Source: Candidatus Iainarchaeum sp.
GTDB lineage: Archaea > B1Sed10-29 > WALL01
Length of the DNA: 64,000 bases
Assembly: GCA_023129115.1 (NCBI GenBank)
Contig: JAGMCR010000015.1
Coordinates: 6,983-70,982, forward strand
Direction: 5' to 3'
The notes under the pieces: model-generated
The model's input: only the letters and a program-made list of their open reading frames with translations
Told to the model about the DNA's origin: nothing
Databases searched by the model: none
Position numbers and translations under genes: made by a program
Part shown: positions 1 to 10,338 of the stretch, in pieces
Layout of the letters: each line of letters opens with the position of its first letter
Position numbering within the stretch: position 1 is the first letter of the stretch

Positions 1-657
1 ATGGAAAAATACGACTTGCGCACCGCGGTTGGTTCCATGCTATTCGACTTCCAGCGCGAGCTCGCGTGGTACGAGAAGCGCGGCGGCAACAGCAAGGCCG
101 CCAAGGCAATAGTCATGGACTGGCTGAAATGCCTCACCCCGTTCATTCCCTTCGTCGCGGAAGAGTGCTGGGAAATGCTGGGGTGCAAGGGATTGGTTTC
201 CACGCAGGAAATCCCGGCGGCGGACGAAACAAAAATCGACGCCCGCGCAGAGCTCGCAGAAGAAATCACGCGCTCTGTCGAGCAGGACATTCTGCACGTA
301 ATCCGCCTCGCCAAAATCCAGCCGAAGAAAATAACTCTCTTCGTCGCCCCTGCGTGGAAGCGCACTGCGTGGGAAAAGGCGCGCTCGCTCGGCCGCAAGA
401 CATTGATGCCCGAATTAATGAAGCTGCCCGAGCTAAAGTCCAAAGAAGGCGCCGCGTTCGCGGGCTTTCTCCAGAAAAAGTTCCACGAGCTGCGCGACAT
501 TCCTGGTGAGGCAGAAGAAAAAGAGGCGCTGGAGACAGCGGCGGGCTATCTGTCAGGGAAGTTCAATTCAAAAGTTGAAGTAGTACTGGCGTCAGCGTCC
601 AAGCCGCCAAAATCAAAGAACGCGGTTCCCGGCAAGCCGGCTATTCTAGTTGAGTGA
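1..657 (+). CDS. leuS: Leucine--tRNA ligase, C-terminal part (5'-truncated by window)
   Basis: Class Ia anticodon-binding helix LTPFIPFVAEECWEMLG and archaeal LeuRS-type C-terminus KSKNAVPGKPAILVE. Confidence 0.85.
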   Translation: MEKYDLRTAVGSMLFDFQRELAWYEKRGGNSKAAKAIVMDWLKCLTPFIPFVAEECWEMLGCKGLVSTQEIPAADETKIDARAELAEEITRSVEQDILHVIRLAKIQPKKITLFVAPAWKRTAWEKARSLGRKTLMPELMKLPELKSKEGAAFAGFLQKKFHELRDIPGEAEEKEALETAAGYLSGKFNSKVEVVLASASKPPKSKNAVPGKPAILVE

Positions 658-774
658 TGAGCGCGTCCAGCTTGTTGCTCTCGTCAAGCAAGTTCCTGAC
701 TACCTTCGGGACGTCGCTCACCGGCACGCCGAGTATTTCCGCGACCTGCTTCAGCAGTGCCTCGCTCTCCCTCG

Positions 775-3492
775 TCATTTCAGCGTCGCCTCCACGCGCC
801 TGTTCACGTCTTCCATGAGCTTGTCAATCGCGGCCTTTTGCGACAGCGGAATCACGCCCTCGCCCTTCGTTGGCGGGCCGCCGCCCCCACCGCCGAGCTT
901 CTTGCACAGCTCCTGGACTATCTTGCCCGAGCTGATCCCCTCCTTGAGGAACTCTTCGCCAGTGGAAGAGAACACGTACACCTGGTCCTTGATGCCGACC
1001 AGGAAAAGGAACGTCCTCGGGCCGCTCAGCTGCCTCGAAATCTCGCGCAGGTAGTCCATGTTCGCGTTGTCCACTTTGGTAATCAGCACGCGGTACTTCT
1101 TGAGCGCGCGCATCTGCATCTGCTTTATCTTGCCCTTCGCATTTTTCCTGCGGAGCTCGTCCACTTTTTTGCGCTTGGCCTTCCAGTCCGCCATGAGCTT
1201 TTCCACTGCCCTGGGAACTCCCTCGTCGCCCACCATCAGCAGGCCCGCGGCCTCGCCCAGCAGCCGGTCCATCTCGCCCAGGTAATTGTCCGCCGCCCTG
1301 CCCGCGCGGAACCAGACGCGCACGATGCCGTCCTGGATTTTTTCGGTGGAAGTAATCACGACTTTCTCGACTTCGCCCGTATTGTCCGCGTGCGTCCCGC
1401 CGCACGCCTCTGTGTCCCAGTCCGGGATGCTGACTATCCGCAATTCCCTTTCGGGGACCGCGCCGCCCTGGTAAAGCCTGAACCCGTACTCCCTCTCGGC
1501 CTCGGCGCGCGGCATCACTGCCTTGTGCACAGTGCGGCCCTCGGCGACTACCTTGTTCGCGAGGCCCTCGATTTCCTGTACCTGTTCCGCACCCGGGTTT
1601 TCGTAATGCGTAATGTCAAGGTGCGCCTTGGAAACGCCTTTCTGCGCGCCGGCCTGCCACACGTGCTCGCCGAGCACCCTCCTCGCCGCGCCGTTGACCA
1701 GGTGCGCCGCAGTATGGTGCTGCGTCAGCTGCTTCCTCCGCTCGGCGTCGACCTCGCCCTGCACGTCGCCGCTCAGGCGCTTGTCCACCTGGTGCAGTAT
1801 GACGCCGCTGACAATCTGCACGTTGTTCACGCGCTCCTTGTTCAAGTACCCGGTGTCGTGGTCCTGCCCGCCGGACTCTGCGTAGAACGCGCTCCTGTCG
1901 AGCACGGCCCAGTCCTTGCCGCCAATCCTCTTGTTGCCCAGGACTTTTGCCTTGAACTTCAGCGGCTTGCCGTAAAACAATTTCTTTGTCTGCGGCAAAT
2001 CGCCCACGTCAATTACTTCGGCTTCTTTGTCTTCCTTCGTCATGTGCCTCTCGGTCATTTTCGAGTAAAAGTCCGCGGGCACCTCGAACTTTTTGCCGCT
2101 CTTTTCGGCGACTTCCTTGATTAGTTCGGGCGTGATGCCCTGTGACTCGTAAAGCTCCTGCATCTTGTCCGCGCCAATCGGCTTCTTCGACGCGATGAGG
2201 CTCGTGACCACCCTCCGCGCGCGGTGCATGGTCTGCTTGTACTTTTTCTTCTCCACGCCAAGGATTTCTTTGTACTGCTCCTTGTGCTCCGCGAGCTCGG
2301 GGAACAGCGGCTTCAGGTAGTCCGCGTGCCATGCGCTCACCTCGGCGAGGTCCAGCCCGAAGTTGAACTTTTCGTTTAATCCCATCGCCCTGCGCGCGAT
2401 TACGCGGAGGTTGTACCCGCCGCCCACGTTGCTCGGCAGGCCCGAGTCGCTGATTGCGAACGCGAGCGCCCGCGCGTGGTCCGCAATCGCGTAAAGCGCC
2501 TCCATTGGCGCGATTTGGGCGGACAATTCCCTTGCGCCGAGGCCCATTTTCTTGGCAACGCCCGCCCGCGACTTCTCGAGGTCGCGCTCGTCCGCGTTGA
2601 TTGACCCAGCGAGCTTCGAGTACTCCAAAAACAATTTCTCGTCGTACTTGACCCCGCTCTCTTTCTTTAGCCTGCCCATCACGGGCCCGAACACCGCGTC
2701 GTACGCCGTCGGGGTGCCCTGCGTAATCCACGTGAACCGCTCGTGGCCCGCGCCCATGTCGATTACTTTCTGGTCCATTACTTTGTAGTTGTCGATTGTC
2801 CCGAGGAATTCGGTGAACACCGCGTTGCCGAGCTCGAGCCCGTCCACATAATACTCGAGGCTCGACCCGAACGCGTTTGGCCCCGCCCAGATGTCCTCCG
2901 TCCACACGACTTTTTCTTCTGGAATCCCGAGCGCCTCGGTGAGGAACCGCTGGTCCAGGTCGACGCACCGGTCCTTCCAGTACCCGCCTTTTTCGCCGCT
3001 TATCGCGTGCTGGCCAATCATGGTGAAGCACGACATGTGCCTCCCCGACACGCCGATGTTGGGGATGTCGTTGAACCGCAGGCAAACCTGCGGCACAACA
3101 AGCGGGTTCGCCGGCAGCTCGAACACGGTCTTCCCCCCCGCGCTGCGCTGGAAGTCCACAATTGATGCAACAGTAAAGTACAGCCCGGGGAACCACCTGC
3201 AAATCACGGGGTACCGCTTTATGGGCGTGTGCCCTTCCTTGGAAAAGAACTTTTCAATCGCGTCCCACGTCTGGATGTAGTCCAACTTCTTTTTTGTTGG
3301 CGGCTTGCCGAGGAACTCGTACTCTCCGCACGGCGGGTCGCCGCACAACTCCCGGTCGGTGAGGCTCCAGAACCACTTGCCGCAGTTCGGGCACTTTTTC
3401 CTTGTCCAGCCCTCGTCGAAGAGCGATACCCTCCAGTACCTGTCCGGGTCCTTCTGGAATAATTTCATGACTCGGCTCTTGTCGATTCCCAT
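775..3492 (-). CDS. alaS: Alanine--tRNA ligase (archaeal type)
   Basis: N-terminal CPNCGKWFW, VPQVCLRFND, GLELGNAVF, IDMGAGHER, IADHAR, editing motifs HTAAH and ACGGTH, C-terminal DHHA1 GGGGGG. Confidence 0.97.
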   Translation of the reverse strand: MGIDKSRVMKLFQKDPDRYWRVSLFDEGWTRKKCPNCGKWFWSLTDRELCGDPPCGEYEFLGKPPTKKKLDYIQTWDAIEKFFSKEGHTPIKRYPVICRWFPGLYFTVASIVDFQRSAGGKTVFELPANPLVVPQVCLRFNDIPNIGVSGRHMSCFTMIGQHAISGEKGGYWKDRCVDLDQRFLTEALGIPEEKVVWTEDIWAGPNAFGSSLEYYVDGLELGNAVFTEFLGTIDNYKVMDQKVIDMGAGHERFTWITQGTPTAYDAVFGPVMGRLKKESGVKYDEKLFLEYSKLAGSINADERDLEKSRAGVAKKMGLGARELSAQIAPMEALYAIADHARALAFAISDSGLPSNVGGGYNLRVIARRAMGLNEKFNFGLDLAEVSAWHADYLKPLFPELAEHKEQYKEILGVEKKKYKQTMHRARRVVTSLIASKKPIGADKMQELYESQGITPELIKEVAEKSGKKFEVPADFYSKMTERHMTKEDKEAEVIDVGDLPQTKKLFYGKPLKFKAKVLGNKRIGGKDWAVLDRSAFYAESGGQDHDTGYLNKERVNNVQIVSGVILHQVDKRLSGDVQGEVDAERRKQLTQHHTAAHLVNGAARRVLGEHVWQAGAQKGVSKAHLDITHYENPGAEQVQEIEGLANKVVAEGRTVHKAVMPRAEAEREYGFRLYQGGAVPERELRIVSIPDWDTEACGGTHADNTGEVEKVVITSTEKIQDGIVRVWFRAGRAADNYLGEMDRLLGEAAGLLMVGDEGVPRAVEKLMADWKAKRKKVDELRRKNAKGKIKQMQMRALKKYRVLITKVDNANMDYLREISRQLSGPRTFLFLVGIKDQVYVFSSTGEEFLKEGISSGKIVQELCKKLGGGGGGPPTKGEGVIPLSQKAAIDKLMEDVNRRVEATLK

Positions 3493-3549
3493 AACCAGCC
3501 CTTATTGACATGGGCAGGCTTTAAAAAGATTGTCCAATTATCCTATTGC

Positions 3550-4692
3550 GTGTATATAGACCCTTCCTTCCTGATTCAGCTTGGCGTGGTCCTGATTTCC
3601 GCCAAAGCCATGGGCGAGCTCTTCACGAAGTTCCGCCAGCCCTCGATGCTCGGCGAGATACTGGCCGGCGTAATCCTGGGCCCGTTCGCCCTCGGCTGGG
3701 TGGCTGCCACGCCCGGGCTCGAGACCCTTGCCGCGATTGGCATATTGTCTATGATTTTCCTGATTGGCCTAGAGTTCAACATCCGCTCCATCTTCAGGAT
3801 GGGCGCCACCACGTTCCTCGTGGCCGCGGGCGGCATAACCCTGCCCATTGTAATGGCAGTCGTGCTCCTGCCGGGCGAGGGCGCGCTCTTCATTGGCGCG
3901 GCAATGGCCGCGACCTCAATCGGCGTCGCGGCGCGCGTATTGGCTGACATGGGTCGCCTCAAGTCCGAGGAGGGCCGGCTGGTGACCACCGCCGCCGTGG
4001 TTGACGACATCGTGGGCGTGATTATCCTGGCGGTAATCACTGTCGCCACCACTGCGTGGGCAGTGGCCCAGATGGTCCTGCAGACCGTGGCCTTTTTGGC
4101 CCTCATTGTCTTCGCAGCTATTTCTTTCTCGTATTTCTGGGGCTACAAGGCCCTCTCAATCAAGCGCAGCATCCACGAGTCCTCGCTCCTGCCCCTGTTC
4201 CTGGGGGGGTGTTTCCTCCTGGCGTGGCTTTCGACACAGATACAGCTCGCTGCCGTCGTGGGCGCCTTCACAGCTGGCGTGTTTTTCTCTGAAATCCACG
4301 ACAAGAAGCACGTTATGCAGGAGCTGAAGCCTTTTTACGAGGTATTTGTGCCCATTTTCTTCTTCTATATCGGCATGCACGTCAACCTCGGCGCGGCCCT
4401 GGGCGCCGGGCTGGCCGTTGTGTCCCTGTTGGCAATCGCTTTCCTCGGAAAGCTCGTGGGCAGCGGCCTGCCGGCGCTTTTGTCGCTCCCGCCGCGCAAG
4501 TCCCTCGTGGTCGGCCTCGCCATGGTTCCCCGGATGGAGCTCGCGCTCGCCATTGTTTCTGCGGGCCTGCTGGTGGGCAAGGTCGACGCCGCCCTGTATT
4601 CCTCGTTCGTGATTGTCGTGCTCGTGACGCTTGCGGCGTCGCCGTGGCTAATCGAGAAAGCGTATTCTTTCGAGATAAAGAAGCACCTTTAG
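3550..4692 (+). CDS. Cation:proton antiporter (CPA2/KefB-NapA family)
   Basis: Multi-TM; GEILAGVILGP, FLIGLE, ATSIGV, AAVVDD, VPIFF, MVPRME motifs; GTG start chosen ~25 bp after TTTAAAA. Confidence 0.9.
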   Translation: MYIDPSFLIQLGVVLISAKAMGELFTKFRQPSMLGEILAGVILGPFALGWVAATPGLETLAAIGILSMIFLIGLEFNIRSIFRMGATTFLVAAGGITLPIVMAVVLLPGEGALFIGAAMAATSIGVAARVLADMGRLKSEEGRLVTTAAVVDDIVGVIILAVITVATTAWAVAQMVLQTVAFLALIVFAAISFSYFWGYKALSIKRSIHESSLLPLFLGGCFLLAWLSTQIQLAAVVGAFTAGVFFSEIHDKKHVMQELKPFYEVFVPIFFFYIGMHVNLGAALGAGLAVVSLLAIAFLGKLVGSGLPALLSLPPRKSLVVGLAMVPRMELALAIVSAGLLVGKVDAALYSSFVIVVLVTLAASPWLIEKAYSFEIKKHL

Positions 4693-5228
4693 CCGTCCCA
4701 CTTTTTCCTTAGCTCTGGCATTTCCTTGTAGAGCCACTGCGCCCACTCGAGGAACGCCTCGGCCTCTGCCTTTATGTAGTCTTCAATCCGCCAGTGCTCT
4801 TTTTCCTTGTACCAAAAGGGAATGCCTTTGCCGCTGAACGGCTTCTTCGTTATTTTATCTAATCCCGACCCGAGGAACTCGCCCTTGTTCATCAACACCC
4901 CGATTGTCTGCAGGTCAATGAACGGCTTGTCGAGTATGTCGACGCGCGGCAGCCCGTACGCCGCGAGCCTCTCGCGCAAAAAGTTGTGCTCGAACACTAG
5001 GTTGTACCCCATGGGCACGAACGCGAATGGGTACGGGTCCGTGATTCTTGTCGAGCCGAGAAAGTCCTGGAGCATGTCGCGCTCGCTGGACTCCCACTCC
5101 TTGTGGATCACGAGGTCGCCAATCGGCTTGGCTGTGTTACGGTCGACTTCCTGGTACTGGACAGTGATTATCTTGTCCTGCTCGGGCTTGACGCCGGTGG
5201 TCTCGATGTCGAAGTAGTAAGTGGGCAT
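4689..5228 (-). CDS. RNase H-like DEDD 3'-5' exonuclease family protein (YprB/RNase_H_2-like)
   Basis: YYFDIETTG, ESSERDML, MGYNLVFE, FIDL, GLDKI motifs. Confidence 0.75.
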   Translation of the reverse strand: MPTYYFDIETTGVKPEQDKIITVQYQEVDRNTAKPIGDLVIHKEWESSERDMLQDFLGSTRITDPYPFAFVPMGYNLVFEHNFLRERLAAYGLPRVDILDKPFIDLQTIGVLMNKGEFLGSGLDKITKKPFSGKGIPFWYKEKEHWRIEDYIKAEAEAFLEWAQWLYKEMPELRKKWDG

Positions 5229-5282
5229 TGCTAGCCTTATGGCGGGGAATTGATTTAAAGGTTGGGGGGCATAACTATACCC

Positions 5283-6047
5283 ATGCCAAAAGGATTGGAG
5301 AGGGCCAAGACGTTCGTCCGCAGCAAGTTTTTCCGGCCGAAGAAGGAAAAGAAGCCGGAGAAGCCTCTTGAGGAGCGGAAGAAGAGCATAACAGGCCATC
5401 ACGAAAAGATACTCGATGGCATGAAGGCAATCGCTAAAAAGGCCGGGGTGGGTCCAGCCGCCCGGGAAAAGGTGTGGGGGGAAAAGTGGGCGGAGCTAAT
5501 CGAGAAAAAAGGGGAGTATACCCCGGGCCTTACGACTGAAGAGTCCATGAAGGAAATAAATGCAAAAGTAGCTGAGGACTCTAAGGAGGTCGAGCGCACC
5601 GTAAGGGCAGCGGAGGCCGAGATGAACGCGGAAATCCAGAAAGTCTCCAAGGTAATCCTAACTTCTGCGCCGGAGTACTTCAAGGAGTCTGGCGCCTACC
5701 TCCAGCAGGTAATGGCGGAGGTGAAGGCCGGCGGCGACAGGGGGGAGTACGAGGCGGCGGTCAAGCACCTGATGAAGATTAACACTGAGCTGCTGTTGCA
5801 GATGGGTGATACCAGCGCGTCCATGTGGGGCTACAGGAAAAAGATCAGCTCTGAAGGCACGGAATTTGTCAAGCGCAACATGGACAAGATGGAGGACCAA
5901 CTCCGGGAACAGGACGCGGCCCTTAAAAGCGCACTCGAGCAAAAGCCAAACGTCTTCACGCGATTCAAGAAGGCCGCCGCGGCAAAGAACCCGTTCAGGG
6001 CGATGGTGAAGAAGCCAACGCCCAAAGGAAAGCCCACAAAGGCGTAA
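5283..6047 (+). CDS. Hypothetical helical protein with Lys-rich termini
   Basis: Long ORF, TTTAAA box upstream, no recognised motif. Confidence 0.7.
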   Translation: MPKGLERAKTFVRSKFFRPKKEKKPEKPLEERKKSITGHHEKILDGMKAIAKKAGVGPAAREKVWGEKWAELIEKKGEYTPGLTTEESMKEINAKVAEDSKEVERTVRAAEAEMNAEIQKVSKVILTSAPEYFKESGAYLQQVMAEVKAGGDRGEYEAAVKHLMKINTELLLQMGDTSASMWGYRKKISSEGTEFVKRNMDKMEDQLREQDAALKSALEQKPNVFTRFKKAAAAKNPFRAMVKKPTPKGKPTKA

Positions 6048-6081
6048 CACTCTTTTATATTGCGGCTGCGTAAACTAATTG

Positions 6082-6765
6082 ATGAAGAAGATTTTTGCGA
6101 GAACACTCATGCGTGGCGGCAGGAAAAAGGGCAAGAGCAAGAAAGAGGCCCAGCCCACCAAAGCCAAGCCGGAAAAGAAAGAGTCGGCCCACGTGGACAC
6201 TATACTCGGCCGGGGCACGGCGGTGCAGGCGCGGCTTGCGCCGGCAAAGGCGCCCAAAGAAAACATTTTTCGGGACAAGAACCTGTCTGCCTTCGGGGAC
6301 TTGAAGAGCGCGGCCAAGCACGTGGAGGGGATGAAAAAAACCATTAACGCGGGCCACAGCTATTTGAAGGAATACACCGGCCTTGTCCGGGAGCACAAGA
6401 AGAACTTCACCGAGGCCGACGTCAAGAGAGTGGTCGAGAAGAACGTCGCAATCAAGCAGAGCATGGAAGAGGCCCATAACGAAGTGGACAAGTCTTTGGG
6501 CGAGCTGGACCTGTTTTTCAAGGAGAGGAAGGGGCTCATGCTCAAGGCGGACGAATTGAACATGACGCCGGAACAGCGAGAAATACTAGGTGGCGAAATC
6601 AGGCAATTGGACTCCCTGGTGTCGAAGATGGAGCGCGTCAAGGCCAATTCCCTGAACACCGCCAACTTGTTCGAGAGGCAGCACGAAGGCCTCGCGGTGC
6701 CAGAGAGATACATGGAAGCACTCTACAAACAGTTCCCCAAAATGAAAGAAGCAGAAGCGGCTTGA
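6082..6765 (+). CDS. Hypothetical coiled-coil protein with basic N-terminus
   Basis: Long ORF ~25 bp after TTTTATA. Confidence 0.7.
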   Translation: MKKIFARTLMRGGRKKGKSKKEAQPTKAKPEKKESAHVDTILGRGTAVQARLAPAKAPKENIFRDKNLSAFGDLKSAAKHVEGMKKTINAGHSYLKEYTGLVREHKKNFTEADVKRVVEKNVAIKQSMEEAHNEVDKSLGELDLFFKERKGLMLKADELNMTPEQREILGGEIRQLDSLVSKMERVKANSLNTANLFERQHEGLAVPERYMEALYKQFPKMKEAEAA

Positions 6766-6942
6766 TTGGTGATGCCTATTGATTAAAGAGCCGAGAAAAC
6801 AAAGGGAAAAGCAACTGGGAGACAAAGTGCACGACATGCTTAGGAAAGAAAAGCCCCCCGAGGAAACCCCCCCGCAGCAGAGATTTATCCTACACGAAGT
6901 AATCCTCCGGTGGCTCCGCAAGAAAAAAGACTAGTTTTTCCA

Positions 6943-6996
6943 CAGCTGAAACCCAGCTGGCACGTTAGGCTTGGGAGCCTAACGGCTCCCAGAGAC
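6943..6996 (+). repeat. Hairpin repeat family copy 1 (CAGCTG-hairpin + GCACGTT + GGGAGCC/GGCTCCC hairpin)
   Basis: Nearly identical to 60295-60348. Confidence 0.85.
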
Positions 6997-7065
6997 AATT
7001 TACTGAGGGGGGTGCGGCTTCCCAGGGTAGCCAGGGGGGAGCTGCGCTCCCCCCTAAGGACGCTG

Positions 7066-7340
7066 ATGGGCAGGGAGACATAGTCTGCCTTCTGTTTCAC
7101 AGGGAAGCTAGGTTCCCAAGTGGCATTCGACTTAGCGGGGCAATCCCCTTGCACGCCTTTGGACCGTGGGCCGTTTCATCCGCTGCATTCTCCACTCATG
7201 CATAGCAATCATCGCTTAACGGTGAACCGCGGTATCGTTTCTGCTCCCGCGGGAAGCCTCTCGACTTCGTGTTTGTCTGAACGGCGTGGGCAGAACTTCC
7301 TCAGCACATAAGTGCCGCAGCCACTCGCTCCCTACCCGAC
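7066..7340 (-). ncRNA. rnpB: RNase P RNA, compact type M-like
   Basis: Minus strand has P1 GGGUAGGGAG/CUCCCUGCCC, GAGGAAGUUCUGCCC, GCAGAAAC, GAUGAAAC, UGCAAG, AGUCGAAUGCC and AACAGAAGGCAGACUA (P4 partner). Confidence 0.9.
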
Positions 7341-7441
7341 GACGCAAGCGCCGCCGCCTCCAGTTACGGAAGCACAAAAATTACATTTATTGCACTTTAT
7401 AAAGGTAACCCTTAAAAGCACTCACCGAGAATCATTCCCCG

Positions 7442-7981
7442 ATGAAGGCCACACTCAAGCTCGCGCGGTTCTGGTTCACCTCGCTCTGGGAGCCAAAGAA
7501 GCTATTGAAGGAGCTCAAGCGCCCGAGCTACGCCATCACTCTCCTGAACGTGCTCGTGCCCTCCATTGCCGCGTCCTTGTTCGCCATATTCGTGCTCGCT
7601 GGCGGGCTCCACAGGGTCGACACGTGGGCGTACGGCAAGACCATCCTCTTCTCCACAGTGAAGTACTTCGCGCTCGCCGTAATCTACGGCCTCGGCGTGG
7701 CCTCCGGCCGCAAGGCCTCGCTGCGGCGCATGGCCTGCCTCGTCTCGTTCCCAATCACGGGCTACCTCTTGCTCGTGGACGCCGCGCTTATCATGGGCAA
7801 CCCAATCGCCGGCGTCCCCATCTCAATCGTGCTCAAGACCCTGCTCGTGCTCTTCGCCCTGGCGGCCGCGGGCATCGCGCACGCCGAAGCAAAGATGGAG
7901 TGGTGGAAGGCAGGGGCATGGCTCGCGGCCGTGCTCGCCATCGTCGACTTCATTTCGCCTTTCCTCAGCGCGATGCTCTAG
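7442..7981 (+). CDS. Hypothetical multi-pass membrane protein
   Basis: About 5 hydrophobic segments. Confidence 0.75.
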   Translation: MKATLKLARFWFTSLWEPKKLLKELKRPSYAITLLNVLVPSIAASLFAIFVLAGGLHRVDTWAYGKTILFSTVKYFALAVIYGLGVASGRKASLRRMACLVSFPITGYLLLVDAALIMGNPIAGVPISIVLKTLLVLFALAAAGIAHAEAKMEWWKAGAWLAAVLAIVDFISPFLSAML

Positions 7982-8574
7982 CGCTTGGAGTAAAGCCCAA
8001 TGTAAAAAGTCCCCTCGGAGTGCAGCTCTTCTACTTCTTGGGGTAGGGGCACGGGCTCAAACTGGTTTTCTCTCGCGATTTTGTCGTAATGCTTCCTGTT
8101 GTTCTCGACGCCCACGCCGAATGGCTCTGCCGCCAGCGCGAAAAACTTGCCGGGCTTCAGGTGCTTTGCCGCCGCGCTGAACACGTCTTCCTCGTCGAAC
8201 GGGTAGCTGCACACCACGAGATCCGCGTCGTCCGTCGCCTCCGCATGGAAGTCGCCGCGGTACTCTACGGGCAGGCCCTTCCTGATGTTCTTTTTCAGGA
8301 GTTTCGTATACCCTGGGTTGTGCTCGTACATGACGTACTTGCCTCGGGCAAACACTTTGGACACTGCCTTGTGCACGCCTGCGTCGCCGGCTGGCCCCAG
8401 CTCGTGCACGGTTGGCTTCTTGAGCTTTAGGCCCCCAGCCAGCTTGCCGAACACCGCGGCCAAGAACTTTCGCCGCGCTTTTCCCGCCTTCTCAAGGTCG
8501 CCTCGGGTGTTTGACTTGCCCGGCCACCACCTGGTCAGCGAATGCCACTCCTCTTTCATCTCGTGCAAGCCCAT
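7978..8574 (-). CDS. Putative class I SAM-dependent methyltransferase-like protein
   Basis: VHELGPAG, VMYEHN, GDF..DADLVVCSYPF and HLKPGKFF follow the Rossmann MTase motif order. Confidence 0.55.
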   Translation of the reverse strand: MGLHEMKEEWHSLTRWWPGKSNTRGDLEKAGKARRKFLAAVFGKLAGGLKLKKPTVHELGPAGDAGVHKAVSKVFARGKYVMYEHNPGYTKLLKKNIRKGLPVEYRGDFHAEATDDADLVVCSYPFDEEDVFSAAAKHLKPGKFFALAAEPFGVGVENNRKHYDKIARENQFEPVPLPQEVEELHSEGTFYIGLYSKR

Positions 8575-8628
8575 GCTATTGATAAGAAAAAAGTAAGTTA
8601 ATAAACCCCCACTGGCTATCTCTTTTTC

Positions 8629-9930
8629 GTGGTTAGGAAGTCCGTCAAGAAAAGCGTCGGCAGTTACGTTAAGCGCAGCGTGCGCAAGGTCGGCGAAGAA
8701 CGGGAAGAAAAAAAGGACTTGCTGGAGAGCATTCCCGTCGACAAAATCAAGAATGAGTGGGAGAGGCAGAAGCGCGAGCGCGCGGCGGCAGCAAAGAAGC
8801 AGCGCGAGGCCAGGGCCGCCGCGGCAAGGAAAATGAAGAGGCGCAGGGAAGAGGCGGCGAAGAAGGCCCGGGCAATGGCGGCCAAGATAAAGAAGCCGAA
8901 GCCCCTCGTCGAGCTGCCCAAGCTGCCCTGGGTGGCGATTGCCCGCGTGGTTATCGGGCTGTTCGTGGTTGCCATAGTGGCCTCCATGATTGTGAGCCTC
9001 GTCTTCGCGGTACATCTTTGCGAAGACGGCACGCCCTACGGCCAGTGCTCGGACACACACCCCTACGTCTGCACGGACGGGAGGCTGGTCCTCGCGGTGT
9101 CCAAGTGCGGCTGCGGCGAAGGCGAGAGGGAGTACAAGGGCAGCTGCATTCTGTCAGTGCAGTGCTTCGACGGCACGCTCGAGCCAGAGTGCTCGCTGAC
9201 CAAGCCGCTGCAGTGCGTCGGCGGCGAGCTCGTGGAGAACGCGGGCATGTGCGGATGCCCCAGCGATTACGAGGTCGTGGGAGACTTCTGCGAAAAAATC
9301 GAGAAGTGCGTCGACGGCACGAGGGAGGGCTTCTGCTCCAAGACGAAGCCATACCTTTGCTCCGGCGGAGAGCTTTCTCCGAAGGCAAGCGTGTGCGGCT
9401 GCCCCCTGGGCGAGATTGGGTACGGGGACCTGTGCGTGCCCCAGAGCGAGGCCTCGGTGCGCGAGGCGTTCGACCACATCAACTCCCTCCGCGCGGAGTA
9501 CGGGCGGAATGAAATTTTGTGGGACAGCCGCGCGAGCGACCTCGCACTCGACCGCTCGCGGGACATGTTCGTCCGCGGCTACACAGACCACGTCACTCCG
9601 GAGGGCGAGTGCGCCAAGACCATGAAATCCGACTACGGGCTCTCGAGCAAAGAGATAGTCGCGGAGAACATCCTGCGCATCTGGTACGCGAGCGGCCTGC
9701 CCGCGCCGACGCTGGACCCCATGTTTGCTGTGGACGAGTGGATGACGAGCCGCGCGCACCGCTACAACCTCCTGTACGAGTTCCACGAGCGCGGCGGCCT
9801 TGGGTGCTACAAAAACTACTGCGTATTCCTGGGGGTGCACACGAAGAAGGGCGGGTTCGGGGACGGCCCGTGCTCGGCGTGGAACGAGACCTATTGGGAG
9901 ACTGCCCCGCCGCTCCCGGGCGAGGCCTAG
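8629..9930 (+). CDS. Membrane-anchored CAP/SCP-domain protein with three Cys-rich CxDGT repeats
   Basis: TM helix; C.DGT..G.CS...P..C..G.L......CGC x3; INSLR, SRDM..RGY.DH, AENI, WMTSRAHRYNLL. Confidence 0.85.
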   Translation: MVRKSVKKSVGSYVKRSVRKVGEEREEKKDLLESIPVDKIKNEWERQKRERAAAAKKQREARAAAARKMKRRREEAAKKARAMAAKIKKPKPLVELPKLPWVAIARVVIGLFVVAIVASMIVSLVFAVHLCEDGTPYGQCSDTHPYVCTDGRLVLAVSKCGCGEGEREYKGSCILSVQCFDGTLEPECSLTKPLQCVGGELVENAGMCGCPSDYEVVGDFCEKIEKCVDGTREGFCSKTKPYLCSGGELSPKASVCGCPLGEIGYGDLCVPQSEASVREAFDHINSLRAEYGRNEILWDSRASDLALDRSRDMFVRGYTDHVTPEGECAKTMKSDYGLSSKEIVAENILRIWYASGLPAPTLDPMFAVDEWMTSRAHRYNLLYEFHERGGLGCYKNYCVFLGVHTKKGGFGDGPCSAWNETYWETAPPLPGEA

Positions 9931-10247
9931 AGCGCGGTGCCAATCATCAGGTATATCAGTACCGCGAACACAGAGGCCGCCAGGATTATTCCCGTGACCA
10001 TGAGGAGGAACATTGTGATTATGGCGTACCCCGAGATGTCCCAGATTGCCGTTTCGACTCCTTCCTTGACAGCGTCGCGCCAGAGCTCTTCCTTGAGCGA
10101 CTCGCCGCGGATTACTTTTCTGACTATGTCGGAGACCTCGTGTGCGCTCACGGGGTTCGGGTTTTCCTCACGTATTACCCGGCGGACTGTCTGTGCGACG
10201 TCCTGGGAGGTGAGAGGGCCGGAGTTTTTCTTTTTGGGAACAGGCAT
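9927..10247 (-). CDS. Small membrane protein
   Basis: C-terminal hydrophobic stretch. Confidence 0.6.
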   Translation of the reverse strand: MPVPKKKNSGPLTSQDVAQTVRRVIREENPNPVSAHEVSDIVRKVIRGESLKEELWRDAVKEGVETAIWDISGYAIITMFLLMVTGIILAASVFAVLIYLMIGTAL

Positions 10248-10338
10248 TTTGAATCACCGCAGCCAATTACTTCGAGGAACTAAAAAAACTTTTCGGACGC
10301 AAGCCATTAAATAGTGCAAATGGATTAACCAATCCGGA

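Noticed and set aside
757-2124. Long antisense and alternative-frame ORFs (e.g. 757-2124, 11316-12647, 18632-19654, 42547-43539)
   Set aside because: Shadow ORFs of GC-rich genes with no motifs; the opposite strand has recognisable proteins.
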